A stretch of 57,497 nt of DNA, counting the filler, from Stramenopiles sp. TOSAG23-3 (Eukaryota): the NCBI GenBank assembly GCA_900128585.1. It is 3 parts of 3 records of this genome, joined end to end, with 100 filler letters (N's around TTAATTAATTAA, not from the genome) between each part and the next. Parts side by side here need not be neighbours in the genome. Positions count along the whole stretch, not along the records: positions 38,431 to 57,497 come from LT642409.1; 2 more parts are not named here. One strand, written 5' to 3'. Both the position numbers and the translations under genes were made by a program. Below the pieces are notes generated by a model. The model was not told where the DNA came from, searched no databases, and saw only the letters and a program-made list of their open reading frames with translations. Positions 43,186-52,349 of this stretch are shown here, piece by piece (position 1 is the first letter of the stretch; every line of letters starts with the position of its first letter).

Positions 43186-45372
43186 ATGAGATCGTTGGCT
43201 ACAATACTTCTGTTGTTCCTTTCCGTTGGGGGCGTCTGTAATGCTGTTACCCAACAAGACCAGCACGCGGCCCGGGTCGAAGCACTGGTCGGAAACATGA
43301 CTTTGGATGAAAAAATATCTATGCTTCAAGGCAATACTGATCTTCATGGATACGTGGGCCGCACTGTTGGGGTGCCTCGCCTAGGCATACCCGATTTGAG
43401 GATGAACGACGGGCCTGAAGGGTTCCGTAATGCCGACCGGAAGTATGCGGGAACAACCACCCAGTGGCCATCAGGCTTGACGGCAGCACACTCGTTCAAC
43501 CGTTCGTTGATGCACACGTATGGAATAGCCATCGGAGAGGAATTCTACGGGAAAGGGGCGAACGTGTACTTCGGGCCTGGGCTGAACGTACAAAGGATAT
43601 CCAATGGTGGCCGATCGTTCGAATACCTTAGCGGAGAAGACCCGTTTCTTGGCTACGAGCTTGTACAACCAATTATCACAGGAGTCCAGTCGCAAAAGGT
43701 CATTGCAAATGCAAAACATTTCATTGACAATTCGCAAGAAGGTTCAATACCAGAAAATTCCACTGAAAAGTTTGGACGGGGGGATCGTCACTCTACCTCG
43801 GCTAGTATTGACAAAACTACGCAGATGGAAATGTACTTTCCGCCTTTTGAGGGCGCCGTCCGTGCAGGGGTGGCAAGCTTCATGTGTTCCAACAATCTCA
43901 TCAATGGGGAATATTCGTGCCAACACAATGCCACCCAAAATCAATTGTTGAAGGAAAGATACGGATTCAGAGGGTTTATTTGCTCGGATTACGATGGAAC
44001 GCGCTCGACAATTGACGCCGCGCTTGGCGGGTTAGATATTGCAATGCCTGGTCCTCCTGTGCGTCCAGATTATTTTGGCGGCATGCTGAAAAAGGAAGTC
44101 GGTCGTAATGTCCCCGAAAGCGTCGTGGACGATAAAGTTCGTCGAATATTGTGGGCAATGAGCTCCACCGGCGTGTTGGACGATACGAACCCAAACACTC
44201 CGGACAAAGACGTGACGTCGCCTGAACACGTTGCCCTCGCTCGCGAACTGGCCGCAGCATCGTGCATTCTGATCAAAAACGAAGACAGTACGCTGCCACT
44301 GGTTAAAAAAAGCAAAATTGCCGTCGTTGGACTCGCCGCCGATGGCAAAGGTGCAATTTATGGTGGATCCGGGTCGGGAAAAGTCACTCCAAAACAGCCC
44401 GTGTCCATCCTGAACGCCCTTCGCGCCGAGGAAAAGGGTGATATACCGTATACAAACGGAACAAATTTGTCTGCGATATCAGAAACTGTAAAAGGCTGTG
44501 ACGTTGTCATTATCGTTCTGGCACAGATATCAACCGAAGGGCGTGATCGAGCGACCATTGGCCTTCCTCAATCGGAGCTTGTCCGCGCTGTCTATGCCAC
44601 CACGCCAGCGCGCATTATTGTTGTGACGATAAGTCCTGGACCATTTTTGACGGATTTTGCTCCGTATGCCCATGCCATTGTTGATATGGGATTTCCCGGG
44701 GAACAGGAAGGGTTAGGATTGGTGGATGTGTTGATGGGACGCTACAATCCCAGCGGGAAACTGCCTCATACGCTGCCGCACAGATTGAATGATGTGGAAA
44801 TGACATCATCCCAATACCCTGGCATTCCTCCAACAAATCGTACAAAAAATGGATCCGCGCCACTTCGAACCTGTGGGTTCGTTCCGCCGATGAATCCTCC
44901 AGATAGTAAATGGGTGCCATGCTCCCCAACAACAGCCGAATACACAGAAAAGCTGCTGGTAGGCTATCGATGGTACGAACATCACAAAGTAAAACCAGCG
45001 TACGCATTTGGGCATGGCCTCAGTTACACGTCGTTTTCATACGAAAACCTACTCGTGAAGGCCACCGGTGGTGGGGGCGATGTCATCGCTTCCGTAAGCA
45101 TTACCGTGGGAAACACTGGTAAGTGCTTTGGGCGAGAGGTTGTTCAATTGTATTTGAAATACCCAGACAGCACCTACAAACAACTGCGTGGTTTTGAAGT
45201 AGCTGCCTTGGAACAAGGTGAGTCGGCATCGTTTGAGTTTGCGTTGACCCGTCGCTGGCTTTCGGCATGGAACGGGAAAAAAGATGGGTTTGAATTGGTT
45301 CATGGAAAGTTTGATGTTTATATTGGTTCATCAAGTTCTGATATTAGAGAAGTGGGAATATTATATATTTAA
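43186..45372 (+). CDS. Secreted GH3 beta-glucosidase-like glycoside hydrolase
   Basis: MTLDEKI, PRLGIP..NDGPEG, GRSFEYLSGEDP, AKHF, nucleophile FICSDY, NPSGKLP, FGHGLSYTSF, EVVQLY. Confidence 0.95.
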   Translation: MRSLATILLLFLSVGGVCNAVTQQDQHAARVEALVGNMTLDEKISMLQGNTDLHGYVGRTVGVPRLGIPDLRMNDGPEGFRNADRKYAGTTTQWPSGLTAAHSFNRSLMHTYGIAIGEEFYGKGANVYFGPGLNVQRISNGGRSFEYLSGEDPFLGYELVQPIITGVQSQKVIANAKHFIDNSQEGSIPENSTEKFGRGDRHSTSASIDKTTQMEMYFPPFEGAVRAGVASFMCSNNLINGEYSCQHNATQNQLLKERYGFRGFICSDYDGTRSTIDAALGGLDIAMPGPPVRPDYFGGMLKKEVGRNVPESVVDDKVRRILWAMSSTGVLDDTNPNTPDKDVTSPEHVALARELAAASCILIKNEDSTLPLVKKSKIAVVGLAADGKGAIYGGSGSGKVTPKQPVSILNALRAEEKGDIPYTNGTNLSAISETVKGCDVVIIVLAQISTEGRDRATIGLPQSELVRAVYATTPARIIVVTISPGPFLTDFAPYAHAIVDMGFPGEQEGLGLVDVLMGRYNPSGKLPHTLPHRLNDVEMTSSQYPGIPPTNRTKNGSAPLRTCGFVPPMNPPDSKWVPCSPTTAEYTEKLLVGYRWYEHHKVKPAYAFGHGLSYTSFSYENLLVKATGGGGDVIASVSITVGNTGKCFGREVVQLYLKYPDSTYKQLRGFEVAALEQGESASFEFALTRRWLSAWNGKKDGFELVHGKFDVYIGSSSSDIREVGILYI

Positions 45373-45486
45373 GTATATATTATTTGTATTCTAATATATA
45401 AATGTACCTATTAATAAGCATGCCATTATTATTTATTTTATAAAGAAGAGCTCCCCCCACATCATCAGCACAGCAGCTCACACACA

Positions 45487-45528
45487 ACAGCTCACAGCTC
45501 ACAGCTCACAGCTCACAGCTCACAGCTC
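45487..45528 (+). repeat. (ACAGCTC)6 tandem repeat
   Basis: Six perfect 7-mer units. Confidence 0.95.
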
Positions 45529-45887
45529 ACACGCCCCACGCCACCAAACGCACCAAACCCAAAAAACACCAAAAGCCACCAAACAAAATATAATAAAAAA
45601 AAACCGAAAAACAACGAGAAACCTCAAGTCGCAAAAAAGTAACCGAAATAATATATATTTTTTTAAATGAAATTTTTACTCAAAAAAGTAAATGGATAGG
45701 GCCAGGCAAACTACTTCAAACGAATAACTTGATATCAGAAAACGCGTGCACTGTTGACGTCCAAGTATTTTGTTTAAATATTTTTCAATCACTGCACATT
45801 TTGCAGCCGCAATCTTACCGAACTATATAGTCGAGACTGCAGATTCCGTGGACTTTGGGCAACGCGATGAATAACAACTTTAGCAAC

Positions 45888-46118
45888 ATGTGGGGATCTT
45901 CGATATTCCAAGCCTTATGCTTTATCACTGGAGTTTTATCAGTGTCTGCCGCGGGAGGGACTTACCGTCATCCGGACAAATTTGAAGTTCCTACTATTCT
46001 TTACGTAGTCGGTGGAACTTTGTGGACTCTGGTCTTTTTGGGGTGTTTTTGTTGTATCCGAGTCTTGCGCGACGAGTGGAGAGAGCGTCAAGAGAAGGTG
46101 TCAAAGAAATCTGATTAA
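45888..46118 (+). CDS. Small single-pass membrane protein
   Basis: Signal-like MWGSSIFQALCFITGVLSVSA, TM ILYVVGGTLWTLVFLGCFCCI, charged tail. ATG 45867 is an alternative start. Confidence 0.6.
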   Translation: MWGSSIFQALCFITGVLSVSAAGGTYRHPDKFEVPTILYVVGGTLWTLVFLGCFCCIRVLRDEWRERQEKVSKKSD

Positions 46119-46443
46119 GATTAAGGTACCATCAGAGAGCGCTACGTGGCACCGCAGCTTGTGAGCGTGTAGCATAATTGTTAACGAAATGGATTTTTCA
46201 TTTTTATACTTTGTAATTTCTAAAAGAACTGTGTACACACAAATGATACTAAACTAAACAGACCTAAATAATTTGTTTTTTCATACTAAACTCACAACAT
46301 TTTTGTATCATCCCGAAACACCCAAAAATTAAATTTTGGAGACCAATCTCGCCTCTCTGTTTAAACCATCTTTCGTCGCCGCTGACAGGTACCTTGCGGG
46401 CGAAATTTGTTTCTCGTGTACGCATGACCGCACCCGATCTTTC

Positions 46444-47688
46444 CTAATACACTTCTATGACTTCCTCGACCGTCCTGCTTGGCCCTATCATACCATTGTA
46501 CCCGAGGCTGTTCCCCCAACAGAATGTAACAAAATCGTACCGTAGGCCGCAACTGTGCCGTAAGCCCGTGCTTACCTCGATGAATTGCCACTTGTCGCTG
46601 TTCGGGCCGTTCATCTTCATGCTGGCTTTGGATGGAGCGTTTGTTTGGCCATCGCGATTGTCTCCCCAACAAGCCAACGAATTTCCACTGCCTTTTAACC
46701 CCACAATGTCGTGCAAATGGTCTTTGTGCAGCACGCACGCGTGCCGTTCCGCAACAGAAATTTTCAAAAATTGGCCGCTTGGAATGTGTGCTTGAACCAG
46801 CGGGGGGACCACCCCCCAGCATTTTATCTCGTGTGTGGCGGCGGCAATGCCACAGGCGTACCGCGGCCCAGCGGCAATAGTGTTAAACTTAATGCCTTTC
46901 GGTGGGGTAAGGGCGGACGATAGAGTCTTTTTGCGGTTCCCTTCGATGACTTCGGTGCCCCAGCAATCGACGGTTCCCTCGCGCAGTCCTACGTTGTTGT
47001 CATCAAAACCTCCGTCCCCCTTCACAATCCCGCATGCAAAAGTTTTACCTACAGCCAACGACGAGTACGTAGATACAAACGGCTCCAAGGTCGCGTACCC
47101 TTCGCTAGCCGGCGAAAGCTCACCAGTAGACAAGACAGCAGCGACGAACTTTGTCGGCTGCGGCGGTGCAATATCGTGTTCCCCGAAGCAGACAACAGAG
47201 CTGTTGCTATATAATAGTCCACAAATGTCTACCGGCCCCGAAACAATACTACTGAACTGCAAATCGCTCAAGTCCACGGGAACGATGGACGCTGCCCCTC
47301 GCCCCCAGCAGTGCAACAGCCTGGTGTGCCGGTTGATCCCGCAGGCGTGGTGGTACCCTATGGATATGGAACTAAACTGTGTCTCCAACTCGTTAGGCTT
47401 GTCTTGTACAAATTTTTCGCCCTTGTCCCCCCAGCACCTCAACCTTCCGCCGTTCCCGAGCAACGGCTGCTTCTCAATGGCGCACGTCGACCCCTTCGAC
47501 GTCCGCACGCTCTCGATTTTTATACTATCCTTTGGTGTCGACATCCACTTCAAGCATCGCTGACGCCTACTGTCATAATTTGTACAAAGTTCCCCTGGGT
47601 TGAAGGCGGTAGCACAGCCCAGCAAAAGAACCTTCAGAAGCAGAACCCATCGGGGCTGGCAGACTGCAGACGAACGACAATTGTCCAT
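46444..47688 (-). CDS. Secreted RCC1/BLIP-II-like (CRINKLY4-type repeat) beta-propeller protein
   Basis: Repeats SIGYHHACGI..LHCWG, AVGKTFACGI..VDCWG, AAGPRYACGI..IKCWG, STGLRHSCGL..TFCWG; hydrophobic N-terminal segment. Confidence 0.8.
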   Translation of the reverse strand: MDNCRSSAVCQPRWVLLLKVLLLGCATAFNPGELCTNYDSRRQRCLKWMSTPKDSIKIESVRTSKGSTCAIEKQPLLGNGGRLRCWGDKGEKFVQDKPNELETQFSSISIGYHHACGINRHTRLLHCWGRGAASIVPVDLSDLQFSSIVSGPVDICGLLYSNSSVVCFGEHDIAPPQPTKFVAAVLSTGELSPASEGYATLEPFVSTYSSLAVGKTFACGIVKGDGGFDDNNVGLREGTVDCWGTEVIEGNRKKTLSSALTPPKGIKFNTIAAGPRYACGIAAATHEIKCWGVVPPLVQAHIPSGQFLKISVAERHACVLHKDHLHDIVGLKGSGNSLACWGDNRDGQTNAPSKASMKMNGPNSDKWQFIEVSTGLRHSCGLRYDFVTFCWGNSLGYNGMIGPSRTVEEVIEVY

Positions 47689-48500
47689 TCGCAAGACGTG
47701 CAAGGGATGTGTACGGTCGTTCCTTCGATCGTTCGTTAATGCTCTGGGTATATAATGTTCTACTAAACGCAAACACCACCACTTTCTCTCAACAATTTTA
47801 ACACAGATGGGGCTACTACTTTATTGTTAAAAAATTGGATAATTGAATCGCTTCAAATTTAACAAACGACGCGCATGCAAATTGAACAAACAAAAAAATG
47901 CGATCATTATTTTCTGTGTTTTTTTGGGTTTTTTTTTTTTTAAATAATAATTATTTGTTGTTGTTGTGATGATATGATGATGATGCGATGATTATTTTTT
48001 TAATAATTATTAGTTAATAAAATAATAAAATTTTTAGTAGAATCAATCCGTACCTCTATCATACTTCCTATTATTCCTATATTAAATTTAATTATTTCAA
48101 TTTTTATGATGTTTTATTTTTTATTTTTCTCATCACGGTCGGAAAAATAACAGCTGTATAGCAAAGGAATAATTGAAACACGTTGAGATAAATAATAATA
48201 TTTTTTTTTTATTTAACCAACAAATCATTACGAATTAAAAGGACAGAGCAAAGAGCAAGGTGGTTGGAAAGTCGAATAAAAGGTACTTGTAGTATTTCGC
48301 ATGTTGTAATATGGATTTAACAGTAGTACCTGATTGGTTAATATATATAATAATAGGTATAATTAATATTAGTATATAAAATAATTGTTTTTAAGTATTT
48401 AATAATGATCTCATTTGCCTTTCTCCTCTCTCTCTCTCTGCTCTCTTCTCTCTGCTTTGCCTTTTCTCCTCCTCTCTCGGTGCGGCTCTCTCTGCTTTGC

Positions 48501-48605
48501 GGTTTGGTTTGGTTTGGTTTGGTTTGGGTTTGGTTTGGTTTGGTTTGGTTTGGTTTGGTTTGGTTTTGGTTTGGTTTGGTTTGGTTTGGTTTGGTTCGGT
48601 TGGTT
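48501..48605 (+). repeat. (GGTTT)n pentanucleotide microsatellite
   Basis: About 20 near-perfect units. Confidence 0.95.
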
Positions 48606-49448
48606 CTATAATTTAAAATTGGTTTCCGTAGTTACATAATAGTTAGACTATTATAAATAATGAGTCTCTTTTACAAGTGGGCTCCCATCGTATTTATAAT
48701 AAATATCCTCGTACGAGGACATCAAAGATCATAAACTAATAAATAAGTGGCTTAGCCGACGTAATGTTATATAGAGACTATCAAATACACTGAGGACTGT
48801 AGTTGATTGATGCCCAACCAACCACAAAGAAAATTATATTTAATATTTAGTCCTACTTAAATATATAGGATTTGAAGGAGTACAAAATTAACATATTCTT
48901 ATTCTTTATTCTATTTATTTAGATCTCGTAGATCTGTACTTATTAAAACTGTTGTCCACTATAATACCGTACCGGTACCATATTGATTATACAATTAATA
49001 ATTCTCCGTCCTCCTCCTGTCCTAGTCTCTTATCCTATTATCCTCTTTCTTTCTTCGTTCGGTGGTCATTTTTTTTTATTTTTATTATTATTTTTGCTTA
49101 TGATGAAGAAGAATAAGAATAATAAAATAATAAAATAATATTATTATAGTCGTCTATTATTATAAAAGAAAGGAGTTTCTTTCTTTCCGTTCCGTTCTTT
49201 CTTTTCTTTACACCCATTGTACACATTGTCATCATATGACAGAAGATTGGTTTGGATAAATGAATTGAGGATTTTGCATAGTATTTCGTACGAGCAAAGA
49301 TTAACGTGAAATTATAAACGTTGCTTCCTTCTGTACCGTTTGTTTTCTGTGGGCTTCGTTCGATCGTCTCCAAGGCACTGTTTCCGCCTTTTGACACCCT
49401 ACAGGCTGTTTGGCACGACACACGCGAGGCTGCTTTCTCTGAAATAAA

Positions 49449-52184
49449 ATGTTGCGTAAGGTAACCTCTGCCTTCCTTCTGTGCGTGTGTGCTTTCGTGG
49501 CGTTCGCCGCCGCGCAGGGGCCAGCGTCTGGTCGTCCGTCGTCGACCCCGGAGCAACAGAGGGACTCGTCAAAAATAGTCCCGGTGAAGCCTGCGCCGCT
49601 CGCTAAGGCGGACGTTGGAATGAAAATTGGTGCACCAATTGCAAAAGGGAACGTTGGGGTGACAGAATTCATTATGGAAGGGGAGGTGGAGGACATCCAG
49701 TGGGTTGGTTCGAACAAGCGGAGCGTTCTCGTGCTCACGACCGCGTCCAATTTGTACCGAAGCGGTGATGAGGGGAAAACCTGGAGAAACGTCATTGACT
49801 CCCTTCCCGCCCTCAGCTTCAAAGGGGCGCCGTCGGGGACGAACACGGTGCGGAAAGTGAAGAAGCTGGTGGTTTCCTCAGTCGACGCGAACCTCGTTTT
49901 TATCGTCGGCCAAGGCACAAGTCACTGGGTGACCAAAGACGCCGGGCGAACGTTCGTCGCCGTCAACAGCGTCGTGAAGTTCCACGACGTGGTCATGCAC
50001 CCAGCCGACAAGACCCGCATCCTCGCCAGCAGCATGGCGGCCAAGTGCCACGACGCCAAAGCGAACGGGCTCTGCTACAAAAGCGTGTACGCCACCGAAG
50101 ACTTTGGTGCCTCCTGGATCAAAGTCACGGACTACGTGGTGCAGTTCGACTGGGCGCACAACCTGGGCTCGCACCAGGCGGACAGCTTGCCCCCCACTGC
50201 AATGTTTGCGACCGTGTTCAACAAGAAAGTCGGAAATCAAAAATTTGGACACTGGGACAAGGACATTGATTTCGTCCGGAGCGACGATTTCTTCAAGTCC
50301 AAACCGACCGTCTTGGTGCCGCACGGGAACAGGTTCTTGTTTACCAAAAAATTCTTGTTCGTGGCCCAAGTGAGCCCGTTGCACGATACGGAAGTGGAAC
50401 TTCAAATGTCCAGCGACGGCGCTAGAACGTTTTTGCGTGGAACATTGCCGTACCGGATAAAGCAGCATTCCTATACAATCCTGGACACCAGCGAAGACAC
50501 CGTGTTCTTGCACGTCAACCACGAAGGCGAAGGCGCGAAGTGGGGGAACGTGTACATTTCAAACGCAGACGGTCTCAACTACACTTTGTCCCTACCCCAC
50601 AATAGTCGAGAGAGCTCGGGGAAGTGCGACTTTGAGAAAATTGAAGGCCTGGAAGGCATATACCTGGCAAACTTTATCGACATGGTCGGCAGCGATTCGG
50701 ACGACACGACGGACGACAGCACCATGTCGCAGGAAAATAGCGCAAAAGACAAACAAGTGAAGCGGGGGAAAAAGCCGCCGCCGAAGATGAGGTCCGTCAT
50801 CACGTTTGACAAGGGGGGGGTGTGGTCGTACTTGCACGCGCCCAAATTCGATGCCAACGGGAAACCGGTCAAGTGCGACAGCACGGACTGCTCGCTGCAC
50901 CTTCACGGGGTGACAGACGAATGGGGGCCATTTTACAGCACGGACACGAGCGTTGGGCTCATCATGGCGACCGGCAACATTGGCACAAGCTTGAGCGACA
51001 ACCAGGACGAAATCAACACATATTTTAGCAGGGACGCCGGTTTGTCGTGGTTTGAAGTCGCCAAGGGGTCGCACATTTATGAGTTTGGAGACCACGGTGG
51101 TCTGATCGTAATGGCAAACGACATCAAGGCCACGGACACAATTTATTACAGCTGGAACGAAGGAATGACGTGGAGCCCCTTCAAATTTTCAGACAAGAAG
51201 TTAGAAATAGACAACATAATTATTGAGCCAAGTGCGACTAGCCAAAAATTCATGGTCTATGGTAGCCGAAGCGTCAGCGGCACGAGCGACAAAAACTCGA
51301 ACTCGGTCGGGGCCGTCTATTTCCTAGACTTCGGCGAGCTGCATGCCAAGCGTTGCAAAGGGGTGGAAGCCCCCGGAACGCCCGACAGTGACTACGAGAA
51401 GTGGACCCCAAGCGACGGTCGATTGGGGGACAAATGCCTGCTCGGTCACCAGGTCACGTACATACGGCGGAAGCGGGAGGCCCAGTGTTTCAACGGTGAA
51501 AAATTAGAACGCCGAACCTTTGTGAAGCACTGCAAGTGCGCAGAGAGTGACTTCGAGTGTGACGTAGGGTACGCCCGCAGCCTGGAGGGCGGACCTTGCA
51601 ATCTGCTGTCCCCCAGTTCGAAGCCGAGTAGCGCCGTGCCGGACGTGTGCCCATCTGGCACCTCCTATAAGGTGCTGAACGGGTACCGACGTATCGCAGG
51701 AGATACTTGCTCCGGTGGCGTCGATCGGTCGCCAACAGAGCTTCCGTGCCCACGGAGCCTTAGCCACACGGGTGCGATTGTCCTTTTCATTGTCCTGTGT
51801 CTGATTATAGGGCTCTATTACAGTGGAAAATCCAAAACTTTTTCCGGTGCCATAAACTCGAGCAACCAATTTAGTCAACAGGCGATTCGCGGTGGGTCCA
51901 CCGCCTTTTCGATATGTAGAAACCTTTTGTGCATATGCTGCCGCAATGCCTCTAGTGGGATGTCCAGTGCCGGGTACAACCCTGTAGGAAAAGGCGCATT
52001 GCCGGAAACGGCCGCTGGTTACGAGGCCTACGAAGGATACCAAGACAAGGAGGATTCATCGGAAGATAGTGAATTCGAGGAGGAGGAAGAAGACGAAGAT
52101 GCGATGCCAATGGCCACTCCAGTGCATAATCGCAACACCAATTCCGGTAGCAACGATTTGTTGGATCTAGGGGACTCGCTTTAA
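49449..52184 (+). CDS. Sortilin/VPS10-domain sorting receptor
   Basis: Signal peptide; BNR/Asp-box repeats (SGDEGKTW, TEDFGASW, TFDKGGVW, SRDAGLSW, SWNEGMTW); 10CC region (CAESDFECDVGY, GYRRIAGDTCSGG); TM; acidic tail. Confidence 0.95.
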   Translation: MLRKVTSAFLLCVCAFVAFAAAQGPASGRPSSTPEQQRDSSKIVPVKPAPLAKADVGMKIGAPIAKGNVGVTEFIMEGEVEDIQWVGSNKRSVLVLTTASNLYRSGDEGKTWRNVIDSLPALSFKGAPSGTNTVRKVKKLVVSSVDANLVFIVGQGTSHWVTKDAGRTFVAVNSVVKFHDVVMHPADKTRILASSMAAKCHDAKANGLCYKSVYATEDFGASWIKVTDYVVQFDWAHNLGSHQADSLPPTAMFATVFNKKVGNQKFGHWDKDIDFVRSDDFFKSKPTVLVPHGNRFLFTKKFLFVAQVSPLHDTEVELQMSSDGARTFLRGTLPYRIKQHSYTILDTSEDTVFLHVNHEGEGAKWGNVYISNADGLNYTLSLPHNSRESSGKCDFEKIEGLEGIYLANFIDMVGSDSDDTTDDSTMSQENSAKDKQVKRGKKPPPKMRSVITFDKGGVWSYLHAPKFDANGKPVKCDSTDCSLHLHGVTDEWGPFYSTDTSVGLIMATGNIGTSLSDNQDEINTYFSRDAGLSWFEVAKGSHIYEFGDHGGLIVMANDIKATDTIYYSWNEGMTWSPFKFSDKKLEIDNIIIEPSATSQKFMVYGSRSVSGTSDKNSNSVGAVYFLDFGELHAKRCKGVEAPGTPDSDYEKWTPSDGRLGDKCLLGHQVTYIRRKREAQCFNGEKLERRTFVKHCKCAESDFECDVGYARSLEGGPCNLLSPSSKPSSAVPDVCPSGTSYKVLNGYRRIAGDTCSGGVDRSPTELPCPRSLSHTGAIVLFIVLCLIIGLYYSGKSKTFSGAINSSNQFSQQAIRGGSTAFSICRNLLCICCRNASSGMSSAGYNPVGKGALPETAAGYEAYEGYQDKEDSSEDSEFEEEEEDEDAMPMATPVHNRNTNSGSNDLLDLGDSL

Positions 52185-52349
52185 CGTGCCAGTGGGTGGT
52201 GAAAGAGCAGCGGGAAAAAAAGGTTTTTTAACGAAAAAGTATCATTATGACAATAAGAAGAAAAATTTAAAACAAGAACAAAATAAATTATCTATCATAA
52301 GCATTTAACGAGTTAATCCTAAATAATAGCCATTAGTTTGTTTTTTAAT

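Noticed and set aside
48501-48605. (GGTTT)n as an interstitial telomere, and the W/F/G/L/V ORFs over it
   Set aside because: Internal simple repeat with no supporting telomeric context; the ORFs are translations of the microsatellite.
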